A stretch of DNA of 64,000 bases from an uncultured delta proteobacterium. GTDB lineage: Bacteria > Desulfobacterota > Desulfuromonadia > Desulfuromonadales > JACZKF01. The stretch lies in NCBI GenBank assembly GCA_963816395.1, contig CAWFKQ010000016.1, positions 448,001 through 512,000 on the forward strand, in the 5' to 3' direction. Of the stretch, positions 1-10,063 are shown one piece after another (the first letter of the stretch is position 1; the number at the start of each line of letters is the position of its first letter). The translations under genes were made by a program, and so were the position numbers. The notes beneath the pieces are model-generated. The model had not been told where the DNA came from. It saw only the letters and a program-made list of their open reading frames with translations, and did no database searches.

Positions 1-322
1 TGGATTCGCCGCCATTGAGGAAATAGAGCAGCTGGTTGCGGCCGGCCACGAAGTCGAGGAACATCCCCTCGTGATTCCCTTTCAGAAAGATGGTGCGGGG
101 AAAACGGCAGCCGAAGTCGATCAGGTATTCGAGCACCCCCCGCGAATTAAGGCCACGGTCGATATAGTCGCCGAGGAAGACCACCTGATCGGCGGTGGTT
201 GGCCGGACCTGATCGATCAGCCGTTCCAACTGCCGGCGGCAGCCGTGGATATCCCCGACGGCCAGCAGCCGGCCGGGAGCCGGCTCGCGGTTGCGCGGAT
301 TGGAAGAGAGGAGAGAGAACAT
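1..322 (-). CDS. Metallophosphoesterase (PPP/ApaH-like Ser/Thr phosphatase family), 3' end runs off the window
   Basis: Not in the ORF track. Manual translation from ATG 322 gives MFSLLSSNPRNREPAPGRLLAVGDIHG...VFLGDYIDRG...LKGNHEGMF, which contains the GDxHG, GDYxDRG and GNHE motifs. Confidence 0.9.
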   Translation of the reverse strand, partial: MFSLLSSNPRNREPAPGRLLAVGDIHGCRRQLERLIDQVRPTTADQVVFLGDYIDRGLNSRGVLEYLIDFGCRFPRTIFLKGNHEGMFLDFVAGRNQLLYFLNGGES

Positions 323-454
323 GCGGATATTATATCTGCCCGGATCGGCGGTGCATACCGATTGCTGCAGCAGCAGGAAGTTTTTGGCATTTTCCTTGTA
401 AGTAGATTCCCGCCAGCGGCTTATCTGCGGTCACTTTTATATGTCGAGGAGGAT

Positions 455-1189
455 ATGATGAAACATTGTTGTCTGGCGGCCCTACTGATCCTTTTCCTCG
501 CCGGCCCGACGGCGGCGGCGAAGTACGATATCGCCAATTTCGCCGGTCTGGCGGATGATACTTTCGCCGATTTCATCCGCGAGGCGGGGGTGGGCACGGC
601 ATATCGCGGCCTCGCCCCGGCCGAACCGCAGGGGCTGACCGGTTTCGATCTCGGGGTGGCGGTGAGCATAGTCGATATCCGGGACGACAACTGGAAGCAG
701 ATCCTGGAAGGGAACGATCCTCCCGCTTACCTGACGATCCCCAGCCTGCGCCTGCGCAAGGGGCTTCCCTTCAACCTGGACGTTGGCGCGTTCTACGCGC
801 AGGTTCCTGACAGCAACATCAAGCTTTTCGGCGGCGAGCTGCAGTGGGCGCTGCTGGAGGGAGGCGTGGCCACGCCGGCGCTGGCTTTGCGAGCGAGCTA
901 TTCCACCCTGCAGGGGGTGGACGACCTCGATCTGCAGACCTATGGAGCGGACGCCGTGATCAGCAAGGGTTTTGCCATGCTGACCCCCTATGCGGGCATC
1001 GGCGTGGTACGGATCGAGGGCGAATACACGGGGGATGACCCCCAGGCGAGTAATCTAAACGATCACTCTTTCACCGAACCCCGCTACTTCGCCGGGGTAC
1101 AGGCCTCCCTGGCCCTGCTGCGGCTCACCCTGGATGCCGAGTACCTGGTGCGGCCGGTCTACTCCGTGAAAGTCAGCCTGGGCTGGTAA
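455..1189 (+). CDS. Secreted/outer-membrane beta-barrel protein of unknown function
   Basis: GAGGAGG RBS before ATG 455; signal peptide MMKHCCLAALLILFLAGPTAAA; amphipathic strands ending VKVSLGW. The track start at 71 overlaps the phosphatase. Confidence 0.7.
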   Translation: MMKHCCLAALLILFLAGPTAAAKYDIANFAGLADDTFADFIREAGVGTAYRGLAPAEPQGLTGFDLGVAVSIVDIRDDNWKQILEGNDPPAYLTIPSLRLRKGLPFNLDVGAFYAQVPDSNIKLFGGELQWALLEGGVATPALALRASYSTLQGVDDLDLQTYGADAVISKGFAMLTPYAGIGVVRIEGEYTGDDPQASNLNDHSFTEPRYFAGVQASLALLRLTLDAEYLVRPVYSVKVSLGW

Positions 1190-1193
1190 CGGT

Positions 1194-1312
1194 AGGCTGA
1201 TGAAAAACGCCCATCTGCGGCGTTGCCTTCATCTTTCGTCAACGACGTACTCCGGTACGCCTTATGCCGAAAGATTTCAGGCGCCTTGCATCTGGGCATT
1301 TTTGCTCAGCCT
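1194..1312. mobile_element. MITE-like/multicopy intergenic element with terminal inverted repeats
   Basis: Ends AGGCTGATGAAAAA ... TTTTTGCTCAGCCT; internal CGTAC-n4-GTACG hairpin; lies between convergent genes; no coding capacity. Confidence 0.6.
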
Positions 1313-1340
1313 GAGGGCACTCCTCACCCTGCACTCCTCG

Positions 1341-1919
1341 TCAGATGTCCTCTGCCCCGCTGCGCACCCGCACGACACGGCAGCAGACCCGCCGCCCGGC
1401 CAGCTCGCGGTGCAGCCGGATCAGGAAATGCACCGTCACCAGCCGGTGGATGGCCGCCTGCGTCAGGCGGTAGAGCCATTTGCGCAGCCGGCCGGGAGCC
1501 GGGCCGCCGAGCAGGAGAGGGCAGTAGTCCGCCAGTTGCAGGGAAACCCGGGTGCCGTCGGGCAGCTCTTCGCAGACGAAGGCCAGTTCTCCCCGGTGGC
1601 AGTTCTGCGGCTGTACCAGCAGGCCGCCATCGATGGCCAGGGTGAGGGTGGCGCAGCCGGTTTGCAGTGGGCCGCGGAAGCGGAGCAGGGTGCGCCCCAG
1701 GCAGCGGAATTCAATGCTGCCGGCATCCCGGCGGGGCCGGACCAGGGACCAGGTGAAGCGGCGCAGGTGCCGCAAATAGCGCTCCAGGAGCAACTCCGGA
1801 GTGACCCCGGCGGCATAGCTGGCAGGCAGGACCGTCCACTGCGCGGACAGGACGGTGGATTCCTTTTGCAGTACCTGATGACAGGCGATCTCGTTTTCAT
1901 CCATGCGGAGTTTTGACAT
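1341..1919 (-). CDS. Hypothetical protein
   Basis: Long ORF with plausible composition; start chosen at MSKLRMDENE (1919; alternative 1904); no recognised motif. Confidence 0.55.
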   Translation of the reverse strand: MSKLRMDENEIACHQVLQKESTVLSAQWTVLPASYAAGVTPELLLERYLRHLRRFTWSLVRPRRDAGSIEFRCLGRTLLRFRGPLQTGCATLTLAIDGGLLVQPQNCHRGELAFVCEELPDGTRVSLQLADYCPLLLGGPAPGRLRKWLYRLTQAAIHRLVTVHFLIRLHRELAGRRVCCRVVRVRSGAEDI

Positions 1920-2229
1920 TTTGTATGAGTGTTCTTTTCTCCTGTGATGCCAAATCCTACCACAGGAACCCCCTGCCAGGGAAAAACCCATCCTCCCACT
2001 CCTGTTACCCTCCCGGCTGCGGTGCGGTGAAAAAGCGATTGCCGCCCCGCCCGGAAAGCTGCATACTTTAATCAACGCTATTGCCCGCCAGACGCCAAGG
2101 GCTCGAAGGCTATATTTGAGTTCTTCGCGAGGTTCGCGGGCGTAGCATGGGCAAATGCCTTTTCAGGTCAATTCTCCTCCCGAGGCTATGGCCAAAAGCC
2201 TGGGTAAAATGACGGGACAGCGGACTGCC

Positions 2230-3118
2230 GTGCCGAAGATAAAACTGATAGCCAATCCCGTCGCCGGACGCCAGGCGGCGGCGAAAATCCGGGCGGCCGA
2301 AGCCTGCTTCCGGGCGCGCGGTGCGACCGTCGAGCTCACCCTGACGGCGGCCCGCGGGGATGCCCGGGCGGCGGCCGCCCGGGCGCGCTCCGAAGGGTTT
2401 GATCGGGTGGTCGCCGCCGGCGGCGACGGCACCCTCAACGAGGTGGTCAACGGTCTGGCGCCGAGCGCCATCCCCCTCGCTTTCCTCCCTCTGGGGACGA
2501 CCAATGTCTTCGCCCTGGAGGCGGCGATCCCCCTGGCCGTCGAGGCCGCCTGCGCCATCGCCCTGGATGGGGCGCCCCGGCCGGTCTGCCTGGGCCAGGC
2601 CGGGGAGACCCGTTTTCTGCTGATGGCCGGGATCGGCTTCGATGCCGCGGTGGTCTACGGACTCAACCTCAGGCTCAAGCGTCTGGCCGGCAAGCTCGCC
2701 TATCTGGCCGGTGGGGTGACGGCCCTGCTGCGACAGGCGCCGCCGCCGGTGGAGGTGGTGACCGAGGACGGAAACGTCCATCGCGGCTTCGGGGCGATCA
2801 TCGGCAACGGTCGGCTGTACGCCGGCGGCTTTTCCCTCACCCCGCAGGCTTCCCTCTGCGCCGACCGGCTCGACCTCTGTCTGCTGCTGCGGCCCGGCCG
2901 GCTCCCCCTGCTGCGCTGCGCCGCCGGCCTGGTCGGCCGGCCGGGCGCCGGCGCCGCCGGCCGCCCTCTGCCTGCAGGGACGGGAATTCACCGTGCGCGG
3001 CGGGCAGGTGCCGGTACAGATCGATGGCGACTACCTGGGGCGGCTGCCGATGATTTTCCGGGCCGTCTTCGGCGAACTCTCCCTGGTCTTCCCGCCAGGT
3101 TTCCGGGAGGCGTCATGA
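2230..3118 (+). CDS. Diacylglycerol/lipid kinase family (YegS/BmrU-like), one frameshift near 2930-2970
   Basis: IANPVAG, AAGGDGTLNEV, PLGTTN motifs; C-terminal QIDGD motif in the next frame, ending TGA 3116-3118, which overlaps the next ATG. Confidence 0.85.
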
Positions 3119-3633
3119 GCGATGAAGAGCGCATCCTGTACCGCGGCCGCATCGTCCGCCTGGCGCTGGAGCGGCATCGCCTCCCTGACGGGCGGCAGGG
3201 CGAGTTCGAGGTGGTCCGGCATCCGGGCGGGGCGGCGATTCTGCCCCTGCTGACGGACGGCCGGACGGTCCTGATCCGCCAGTTCCGACCGGCGGCCGGC
3301 GGCTGGCTCTGGGAAATTCCGGCCGGGCGGATCGATGCCGGCGAGACGCCGGAGGCCTGCGCCCGGCGGGAACTGCAGGAGGAGACCGGCTATCGGGCCG
3401 AACGGCTGGAGAAACTGGGGGAGATGATCACCGCTCCCGGCTTCTGCGACGAGGTGGTGCACCTCTTCCTCGCCCGCGATCTGCAGCCGGTCGCCAGCGC
3501 CCCGGAGGAGGATGAATTTCTGGAGGTGGTTCCAGTGCCCCTGGCGGAGGCCCTGGCCATGGTGCGGCGCGGGGAGATCCGCGACGGCAAAACCCAGCTG
3601 GCGCTGCTGCTCGCCCGGGAGGTGTGCCGATGA
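3115..3633 (+). CDS. Nudix hydrolase (ADP-ribose pyrophosphatase-like)
   Basis: Nudix box GRIDAGETPEACARRELQEETG; HPGGAAI and RQFR; own ATG at 3115. Confidence 0.9.
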   Translation: MSDEERILYRGRIVRLALERHRLPDGRQGEFEVVRHPGGAAILPLLTDGRTVLIRQFRPAAGGWLWEIPAGRIDAGETPEACARRELQEETGYRAERLEKLGEMITAPGFCDEVVHLFLARDLQPVASAPEEDEFLEVVPVPLAEALAMVRRGEIRDGKTQLALLLAREVCR

Positions 3634-4133
3634 CTTCGCAAGCCCTTCGCCGCGCCCAGATTCGCGATGGGCTGGTTTACTGGGTCTACCTGCCGGCGGC
3701 GGTGGTCGGCGGCGGCTGGGCGCTCGACCGGCTGGCCGGCCTGCCGCCCCTGCCCGGCGGCTGGTGGCTGACCGGGGCGGCCGGGCTGCTTTTCCTGGCC
3801 GGCAACGCCCTGATCGGCCGCTCGATGCGCGAGCTCCAGACCTTCGGGGAGGGAACGCCGAACCCGCGATTTCCACCGCACCGCCTGGTCACCGCCGGCA
3901 GCTACTCCTGGTGCCGGCACCCGATGTTCCTCGGCTACGATCTGGCCGCCCTGGGGGTCATCCTGGGTCTGCACTCCACAGGGATGCTGGCGATGGGCGG
4001 AACGCTCTTTTTCCTGCTGCAGATTTCCTTCCTGCGCCGGGAGGAAAAACTTCTGGAGAAGCGCTTCGGCGCCGATTTCCGAGCCTACCGGCAACGGGTC
4101 CCCTTCCTTCTGCCGCGGCCGTGGAGAAAATGA
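3630..4133 (+). CDS. Isoprenylcysteine carboxyl methyltransferase / phospholipid methyltransferase family membrane protein
   Basis: LVTAGSYSWCRHPMF, EEKLL..RFGADFRAYRQRVP motifs; several TM segments; ATGA overlap. Confidence 0.85.
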   Translation: MTSQALRRAQIRDGLVYWVYLPAAVVGGGWALDRLAGLPPLPGGWWLTGAAGLLFLAGNALIGRSMRELQTFGEGTPNPRFPPHRLVTAGSYSWCRHPMFLGYDLAALGVILGLHSTGMLAMGGTLFFLLQISFLRREEKLLEKRFGADFRAYRQRVPFLLPRPWRK

Positions 4134-5185
4134 CCATGCTCTCCCTGCTTGCACTGCGCCGCCTCCTCCCATCCATCCGGGAGCACCGCCTGGTCGAGGC
4201 GGAAACCCACCGGCTGCTCCGGGAGACCCTGGCGGCGGAATACATCGATCCCTGCCCGCAGGCCCTCGGCCCGCTCAAATACGCCCAGCGCAATATTTTC
4301 TCCATTCTGTTTCTCGCCATCTACCGGGCGCTGGGGGTCGGCGCCGAGCGCCGCCTGCTGTACGGGATCGTCAATCACGCCATCCGCGGCATCGTCACCG
4401 GCACCGACAATCTGCTCGATGATGAATGCAAGATGATGCTTCCCCTGCGTTTCCCGGAGAAAGCCTGCCGGTTCTCCAGCGTCATGCACATCCTGCTCTT
4501 CGACCGGTTCCTTTTCCGGGTGGTGGACGAGGCCGCCGACCGGGGGATCATTAAGGAGGAGGATCGGACGGACCTGCAGCAGGACATCTTCCAGGCCCTG
4601 GTGCCGATCGGAGAGGAGGAGGCGAGCGAGGAGGGGGGGGTGACGGAAATCCTGCCGCCGGCCGAAATTCTCACCTCGGTGCATATGTACAAGGGGGGAA
4701 ATCTGCTGCGCCTGGCCTTCATTGCGCCCCGCCGGGTGGAGACAGAGCTGCAGGGTCCGATCGCCCTGGCCGACCGGGGCATTTACCGCATCGGCATGGC
4801 CCTGCAGGTGATCGACGATCTCACCGATCTGTACGAGGATCTGCGCGACCGGCGGCACAATTATCTGGCTTCCGCCATTCTCCACGAAGGGCCGGCGGCT
4901 GAGCGGGCAGAACTGGCGCGCGCCCGGGCGGCCGGGGGAGCGGGACGGCCGCCGGTGGAGCAGGTTTTTCCGCAGTCGGCTGGCCGGGTCATGCACCGGG
5001 CGGTTGGCGAGGCCCTGGCCGGTTTCGCGCTGCTGGAGCAGGCCGGTTTCTGGCTGCGCCGGCCGGCGGCCCTCGACCTGATCCGGGCCCTGTTTCACCT
5101 GCGCGGGGTAGGGCAGCTGACCCGCTTCTGGCCCGCCGGCGACCGCTTCGTTCACACCCTTGAGGAACCGGAGGCGGCGCCATGA
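4130..5185 (+). CDS. Class I isoprenoid synthase-fold (polyprenyl synthetase/terpene synthase-like) protein
   Basis: Two Asp-rich motifs, TDNLLDDE and GMALQVIDDLTDLYED; all-helical character; ATGA overlap. Confidence 0.6.
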   Translation: MTMLSLLALRRLLPSIREHRLVEAETHRLLRETLAAEYIDPCPQALGPLKYAQRNIFSILFLAIYRALGVGAERRLLYGIVNHAIRGIVTGTDNLLDDECKMMLPLRFPEKACRFSSVMHILLFDRFLFRVVDEAADRGIIKEEDRTDLQQDIFQALVPIGEEEASEEGGVTEILPPAEILTSVHMYKGGNLLRLAFIAPRRVETELQGPIALADRGIYRIGMALQVIDDLTDLYEDLRDRRHNYLASAILHEGPAAERAELARARAAGGAGRPPVEQVFPQSAGRVMHRAVGEALAGFALLEQAGFWLRRPAALDLIRALFHLRGVGQLTRFWPAGDRFVHTLEEPEAAP

Positions 5186-6406
5186 GATCGGCCCTGTGGC
5201 TGCAGGTGCGGCTGGCGCTGCGCAACGTGCGGCGCAATCCCCGCCGCTCCCTGTTTACCGCCGCCGCCATCAGTTTCGGCCTGTTCTGCGTCATCGTCTT
5301 CCAGGCGCTGAAGGTCGGTCTGCACCAGGAGATGGTTGCCGGCACCGTCCGCCTCGACACCGGCGCCGTGCAGGTGCATGCGGCCGGCTTTGAACCAGGG
5401 ATGACGGCTCTCCAGCCGCTGCCGAAGCCGCAGGAAGTGATGGAGGTGCTGCGGCGGCAGGGGGTGACCGCCTTCAGCCCCCGGCTCAAGGCTCCGGCCA
5501 TGCTGCTCGCCGGGGCGAAAAGCTCCACCGTCCTGCTTGACGGCATCGATCCGGCAGCCGAACCGCGGGTGACGGAGATCGCCGACAAGGTGACCGCCGG
5601 TATTTTCCCGGTCGGCGGCGAAAATCTGCTGCTCGGCGGCACTCTGGCCGACAGCCTCGGCGTCGGTCCCGGCGATCAGCTCACCCTCATGGCCCAGGGG
5701 CTGTTCGGCCGGCCGGTGACCCGGCGCTTTGCCGTGGCCGGGATCTACCGCACCGGGGTCTCCTCTTTCGACCGCAGTCACGTCTATCTCCCCCTGCCGG
5801 CGGTCCAGTCGTTTCTGCAGGCCGACGACCTGGTCACCGAGATCGTCGCCAGCGTGCCGCCGGCGGCCGCGGCCGCCCTCGCCGAACGCCTGCGGACGGA
5901 ATTGCCGGCCGGCTACCAGGTGCGCAGCTGGCAGCAGCTCGCTCCCGACCTGGTGCAGCTCCTCGCAGCTCAACGATGCCACCATGCGCCTGCTGATCCT
6001 CATCGTCTTTGCCATCGCCGCCCTGGGGATCGCCAACACCATGACCATGATCACCTTCGAGCGTTTCCGCGAGCTGGGGATTCTGGCCGCCCTCGGCCTG
6101 CGCCCGGGCGGCATCGTCCTGCTGATCGTCCTGGAGTCCCTGTGCCTGGGGCTGATCGCCGCCGCCCTGGGGAGTCTGCTGGGGATCGGCGTCTGCAGCT
6201 GGCTGGGGCGGCACGGCCTTGACCTGACCCGCTTCACCAGCGCCAACCAGTACTTTGCCGCCGGCCACGTGATCCGCGCCCACCTGCTGCCCGCGGACCT
6301 GGCGGCCGCCAACCTGCTCACCCTGGCCACCGCCCTGCTGGCCGGCCTCTATCCCGCCTGGAAGGCGGCCCGCCTCGATCCGGTGCAGGCCATCCGGCAC
6401 CAATAG
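5182..6406 (+). CDS. ABC transporter permease, FtsX/MacB/LolE family, one frameshift near 5960-5975
   Basis: LALRNVRRNPRRS N-terminus, periplasmic domain, then ERFRELGILAALG and LYPAWKAARLDPVQAI in the next frame. Confidence 0.85.
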
Positions 6407-6496
6407 GGCAGGGGCTTGTCCTGGGCCTGCGGCGCAGCAGATCGCACCACCGGAAGGTTTTTAAAAATGAACCGCACGCTCATGGAGGTTGATGAA

Positions 6497-7358
6497 ATGC
6501 CCCTGCCGAAATCGTTCGTTTCCCCCCTGCACCTGCCTTTCAACAGTGAGTGTCTCAAGGGAAAATTCCATTCGGCGCCTCCCGATGCCGATCCCGGCGG
6601 GGAAGGCGTCTGGCTGATGCTGCGCGGTGAGGAGGTGCTGGTTAGCCGCCGACGGCGAACCGGCCCTGCCGCGGGAGGTGCCGACCGGCCTGGTGGCCGG
6701 GGAGCCGCTGTACATCGGCGACTGGCAGGGTCGGCCCTGCCGGGTGCTGGCGGTACCGAAGGATTCTCCGCTGCCGGCCGGCCTGTCAGCCGAGAACATG
6801 CTGTCCGCTGAGCCGCGGCTGTCGATCGAACTGCTCAGCCTGGGCGGCACCGCCGGGCAGATTCTGCATTGGGAGAAGAACAGCCGCTTCTGCTCCCGCT
6901 GTGGCGGCGAGAACGGGCGGCTGCCCGGCGAGTGGGGGAAGAAGTGCCAGGCCTGCGGCTACTCCCATTATCCCCACATCCACCCCTGCGTCATCGTTCT
7001 GGTGCGGCGCCCCGGGGAAGTGCTGCTTACCCGCAAGGCCGTCTGGCCGGCAGGGCGCTACAGCCTGGTGGCAGGCTTTCTCGATTTTGGCGAATGTCTG
7101 GAGGAGGCGGTGGAGCGGGAAGTGGCGGAGGAGACCGGGGTGCGGGTGCGGGCGGTCCGCTACGTCGGCAGCCAGTGCTGGCCTTTTCCCAGTCAGCTGA
7201 TGGCCGGTTTCACTGCCGAATATGCCGGCGGCGACGTGCGGGTGGAGGAGAAGGAGCTGGAGGATGCCCGCTGGTTTTCGGTGGACGCGCTTCCCGCCCT
7301 GCCGCCGCGGCGCAGTATCGCCCGCTACATAATCGATAATTTTCTGCAATCGACATAA
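6497..7358 (+). CDS. nudC: NADH pyrophosphatase, one frameshift near 6640
   Basis: Zn ribbon CSRC...CQAC, YPHIHP, Nudix box, SQCWPFPSQLM signature; GGAGG RBS before ATG 6497. Confidence 0.9.
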
Positions 7359-7385
7359 AAAAACCCCCGGGCGGGGACCCGGGGG
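7357..7385 (-). terminator. Intrinsic terminator
   Basis: CCCCCGGG-6nt-CCCGGGGG stem followed by T7 on the minus strand, between convergent nudC and ald. Confidence 0.8.
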
Positions 7386-7482
7386 ATCGCAAAGATATCT
7401 CCTTCTATGGATCAGCCGACTCTGGAGGAGGCTATTGGCTGAAAGGCGATATCCGCGGCAACTGGTGTCCTGAACAGGCCCT

Positions 7483-8595
7483 TCACCGGGGTTCCGGAGT
7501 GAAGGGCTGCCAGGGAATGCCAAGGGCGCGAGCGGCCGTTTCATGCCGCATCATGCCCGCGTGGGTGTTGACTCCCTGCAGCAGTGCCCTGTCCTCGGCT
7601 GCGGCCGCCACGCCGCGGGCGGCAAGCCGGCGTACATAGGGCAGGGTGCTGTTGGTGAGGGCGAAAGTGCTGGTGCGGCTCACTGCTCCCGGCATGTTGG
7701 TAACCGCGTAATGAGTCACCCCGTCCACGCTGTAGACCGGTGCATCGTGGGTGGTGGGCCGGGTGGTTTCAACGCAGCCGCCCTGGTCGACCGCCACATC
7801 GACGATGACACTGCCCGGTGCCATCCGACCCACCAGTTGCCGGCTGACCAGGCGCGGTGCCCGGGCGCCGGTTACCAGCACGGCGCCGATGAGCAGATCG
7901 GCCCGCACCACCTCGTCCTCGATATTCTGCGAATTGGACATCAGGGTGCGGATGCGGTTGCCGTAATGCTCATCGAGAACCGCCAGGCGCCCCGGATCGA
8001 TGTCGAGGACGGTGACCTCGGCCCCCATGCCGACGGCCAGGCGCACCGCGTTGCCGCCGGCACCGCCGCCGCCCAGGACCACGACCCGCCCGGCCCGCAC
8101 TCCCGGCGCCCCTGAGAGCAGCACTCCCTTGCCCCCCTTGTCCTTCTGCAGCAATCCGGCGCCGACCTGTACCGCCATGCGCCCGGCGATTTCGCTCATC
8201 GGCTGCAGCAGGGGGAGGCTGCCGTCGGGCCGTTGAACCGTCTCATAGGCGATGGCGGTCACCTGCCGCTCCAGCAGGTGCCGGGCCAGTTCGGGGACCG
8301 CCGCCAGGTGCAGGTAGGTGAAGAGCAACTGCCCCTGGCGCAGCAGGCCGTATTCGGCGTGCACCGGCTCCTTGACCTTGACGATCAGCTCGCCCCGGGC
8401 GTACAGTTCTCCGGCATCGGCGACGATTTCCGCCCCGGCCGCCCGGTATTCCTCATCAGTGAGACCGCTTCCCGTCCCGGCATCCCGTTCGACCAGGACC
8501 GTGTGGCCGTCCTCGGCGAGGGTGCGTACCCCGGCGGGGGTCATCCCAACCCGGTATTCCCGGTTCTTGAGCTCTTTCGGGATGGCGACGATCAT
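7483..8595 (-). CDS. ald: Alanine dehydrogenase
   Basis: [44 protein letters not shown] motifs. Confidence 0.97.
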   Translation of the reverse strand: MIVAIPKELKNREYRVGMTPAGVRTLAEDGHTVLVERDAGTGSGLTDEEYRAAGAEIVADAGELYARGELIVKVKEPVHAEYGLLRQGQLLFTYLHLAAVPELARHLLERQVTAIAYETVQRPDGSLPLLQPMSEIAGRMAVQVGAGLLQKDKGGKGVLLSGAPGVRAGRVVVLGGGGAGGNAVRLAVGMGAEVTVLDIDPGRLAVLDEHYGNRIRTLMSNSQNIEDEVVRADLLIGAVLVTGARAPRLVSRQLVGRMAPGSVIVDVAVDQGGCVETTRPTTHDAPVYSVDGVTHYAVTNMPGAVSRTSTFALTNSTLPYVRRLAARGVAAAAEDRALLQGVNTHAGMMRHETAARALGIPWQPFTPEPR

Positions 8596-8692
8596 TTTTA
8601 GTCCTCTAAGAAAGCTTGGGCAAATACGGTCGACCGACCGGTATCGTCACGAGAAATCCGGACTGGTCGGCCGAATTCAAGGGATAAATCCG

Positions 8693-8938
8693 ATGGCCAT
8701 GATTTTCGAAAAGCGTTGTTTCCGCCTTCCCCGCGCCCGCATCGCCTACCTGCGGTTTATCCTCGAGGGTTACGACGGGCTGGCCTTCGCCCGCACCCTT
8801 GACCCGCGGACGGCACTGGTGGAGGTCGCTTATTCCCCCAGCCGCCGTGCCGATGTCGAGGCTCTCCTCGCCGCCCTGGCCGAGGAGTTTCCTCTGGTCG
8901 AGGTGGCGCCGCCGGCGGCGTCGATCTGTGATTCGTGA
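8693..8938 (+). CDS. DUF4911-like small protein
   Basis: IAYLRFILEGYDGLAFARTLD matches the family as remembered from Deltaproteobacteria. Confidence 0.7.
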   Translation: MAMIFEKRCFRLPRARIAYLRFILEGYDGLAFARTLDPRTALVEVAYSPSRRADVEALLAALAEEFPLVEVAPPAASICDS

Positions 8939-8980
8939 CTGGTTCCGGCCAGGCTTTACCAGTCACGAATCACTGATCAC
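8928..8980. repeat. Perfect 16-bp inverted repeat built from heptamer-like units (probable bidirectional terminator)
   Basis: GTGATTCGTGACTGGT (8928-8943) and ACCAGTCACGAATCAC (8958-8973), between convergent genes. Confidence 0.75.
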
Positions 8981-8988
8981 GGCCTTCC

Positions 8989-9887
8989 TCAGCCCCCTAC
9001 GGCATTTTTCAGCCCGGCCGGTCGATACACCCGCAGCAAAGCCTCGGCCATCTCGGCGGGACTGGCCGCCATGCTGATGCCGCACTCCTGAAGGATCGCC
9101 GTTTTTTCCGCCGCCGTTCCCTTGCCGCCGGAGATAATGGCCCCGGCATGCCCCATGCGCTTGCCGGGAGGGGCCGTGCTGCCGGCGATGAAGGCCGCCA
9201 CCGGCTTGCTCATATGCTCCTTGACGAACCTGGCGGCTTCCTCCTCGGCGCTGCCGCCGATCTCCCCGATCATGATCACCGCTTCCGTGCCGGGGTCCTG
9301 TTCAAACAGCGCCAGGACATCGACAAAGTTGGTGCCGTTGACCGGGTCGCCGCCGATCCCCACACAGGTCGATTGGCCGATGTTGCGGCTGGTGAGCTGC
9401 CAGACCGCCTCATAGGTCAGCGTGCCGCTGCGCGAGACCACGCCGACCGGGCCGGGCTTGTGGATATAGCCGGGCATGATGCCGATCTTGCATTCCCCGG
9501 GCGTAATCACCCCCGGGCAGTTGGGGCCGACCAGGCGGGTCTTCTTGCCCCGCATGAAGTGCTTGACCCGGACCATGTCGAGCACCGGAATCCCCTCCGT
9601 GATGCAGCAGACCAGTTCGATCCCGGCATCGACCGCTTCCATGATGGCGTCGGCGGCGTGCGGGGGGGGACATAGATGACAGAAGCCGTGGCGCCAGTCT
9701 TCTGCACCGCCTCTTCAACGGTATCAAAGACGGGAAAACCGTCAATGGTGGTGCCCCCCTTGCCGGGCGTGACGCCGCCGACCATCTGCGTGCCGTAGTC
9801 GCGGGCGCCCTGCGCGTGAAAAATCCCGGTGGCGCCGGTGATCCCCTGGGTGATGACTTTTGTATTCTTATCGACCAGGATACTCAT
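8989..9887 (-). CDS. sucD: Succinyl-CoA synthetase alpha subunit, frameshift in the G8 run at 9662-9669
   Basis: [41 protein letters not shown] (phospho-His). Confidence 0.95.
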
Positions 9888-9929
9888 TGGTTTCTCCCTC
9901 AAAATGAGGGCCAAAGGCAAAAGTCATGT

Positions 9930-10013
9930 CTCACGCGACGCCGCAACGAACGCGACGAAAGTCAAAAACAAAAGCCTTGAGTTTTACGTCGCGTCGTCGC
10001 GTCGTTGCGTGAG
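9930..10013. repeat. Palindromic multicopy-type element between sucC and sucD
   Basis: CTCACGCGACGCCGCAACGAACGCGACG ... CGTCGCGTCGTCGCGTCGTTGCGTGAG arms around an AT-rich loop. Confidence 0.7.
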
Positions 10014-10063
10014 GCGCATTTGACTTTGACTTGACTGGACCGGGAACTTTGGACTCCCGCCGC

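Noticed and set aside
2155..3633. Apparent 492-aa lipid kinase-Nudix fusion
   Set aside because: A +1 frameshift joins them; the kinase C-terminus (QIDGD) is in another frame and ends in an ATGA overlap at 3115-3118.
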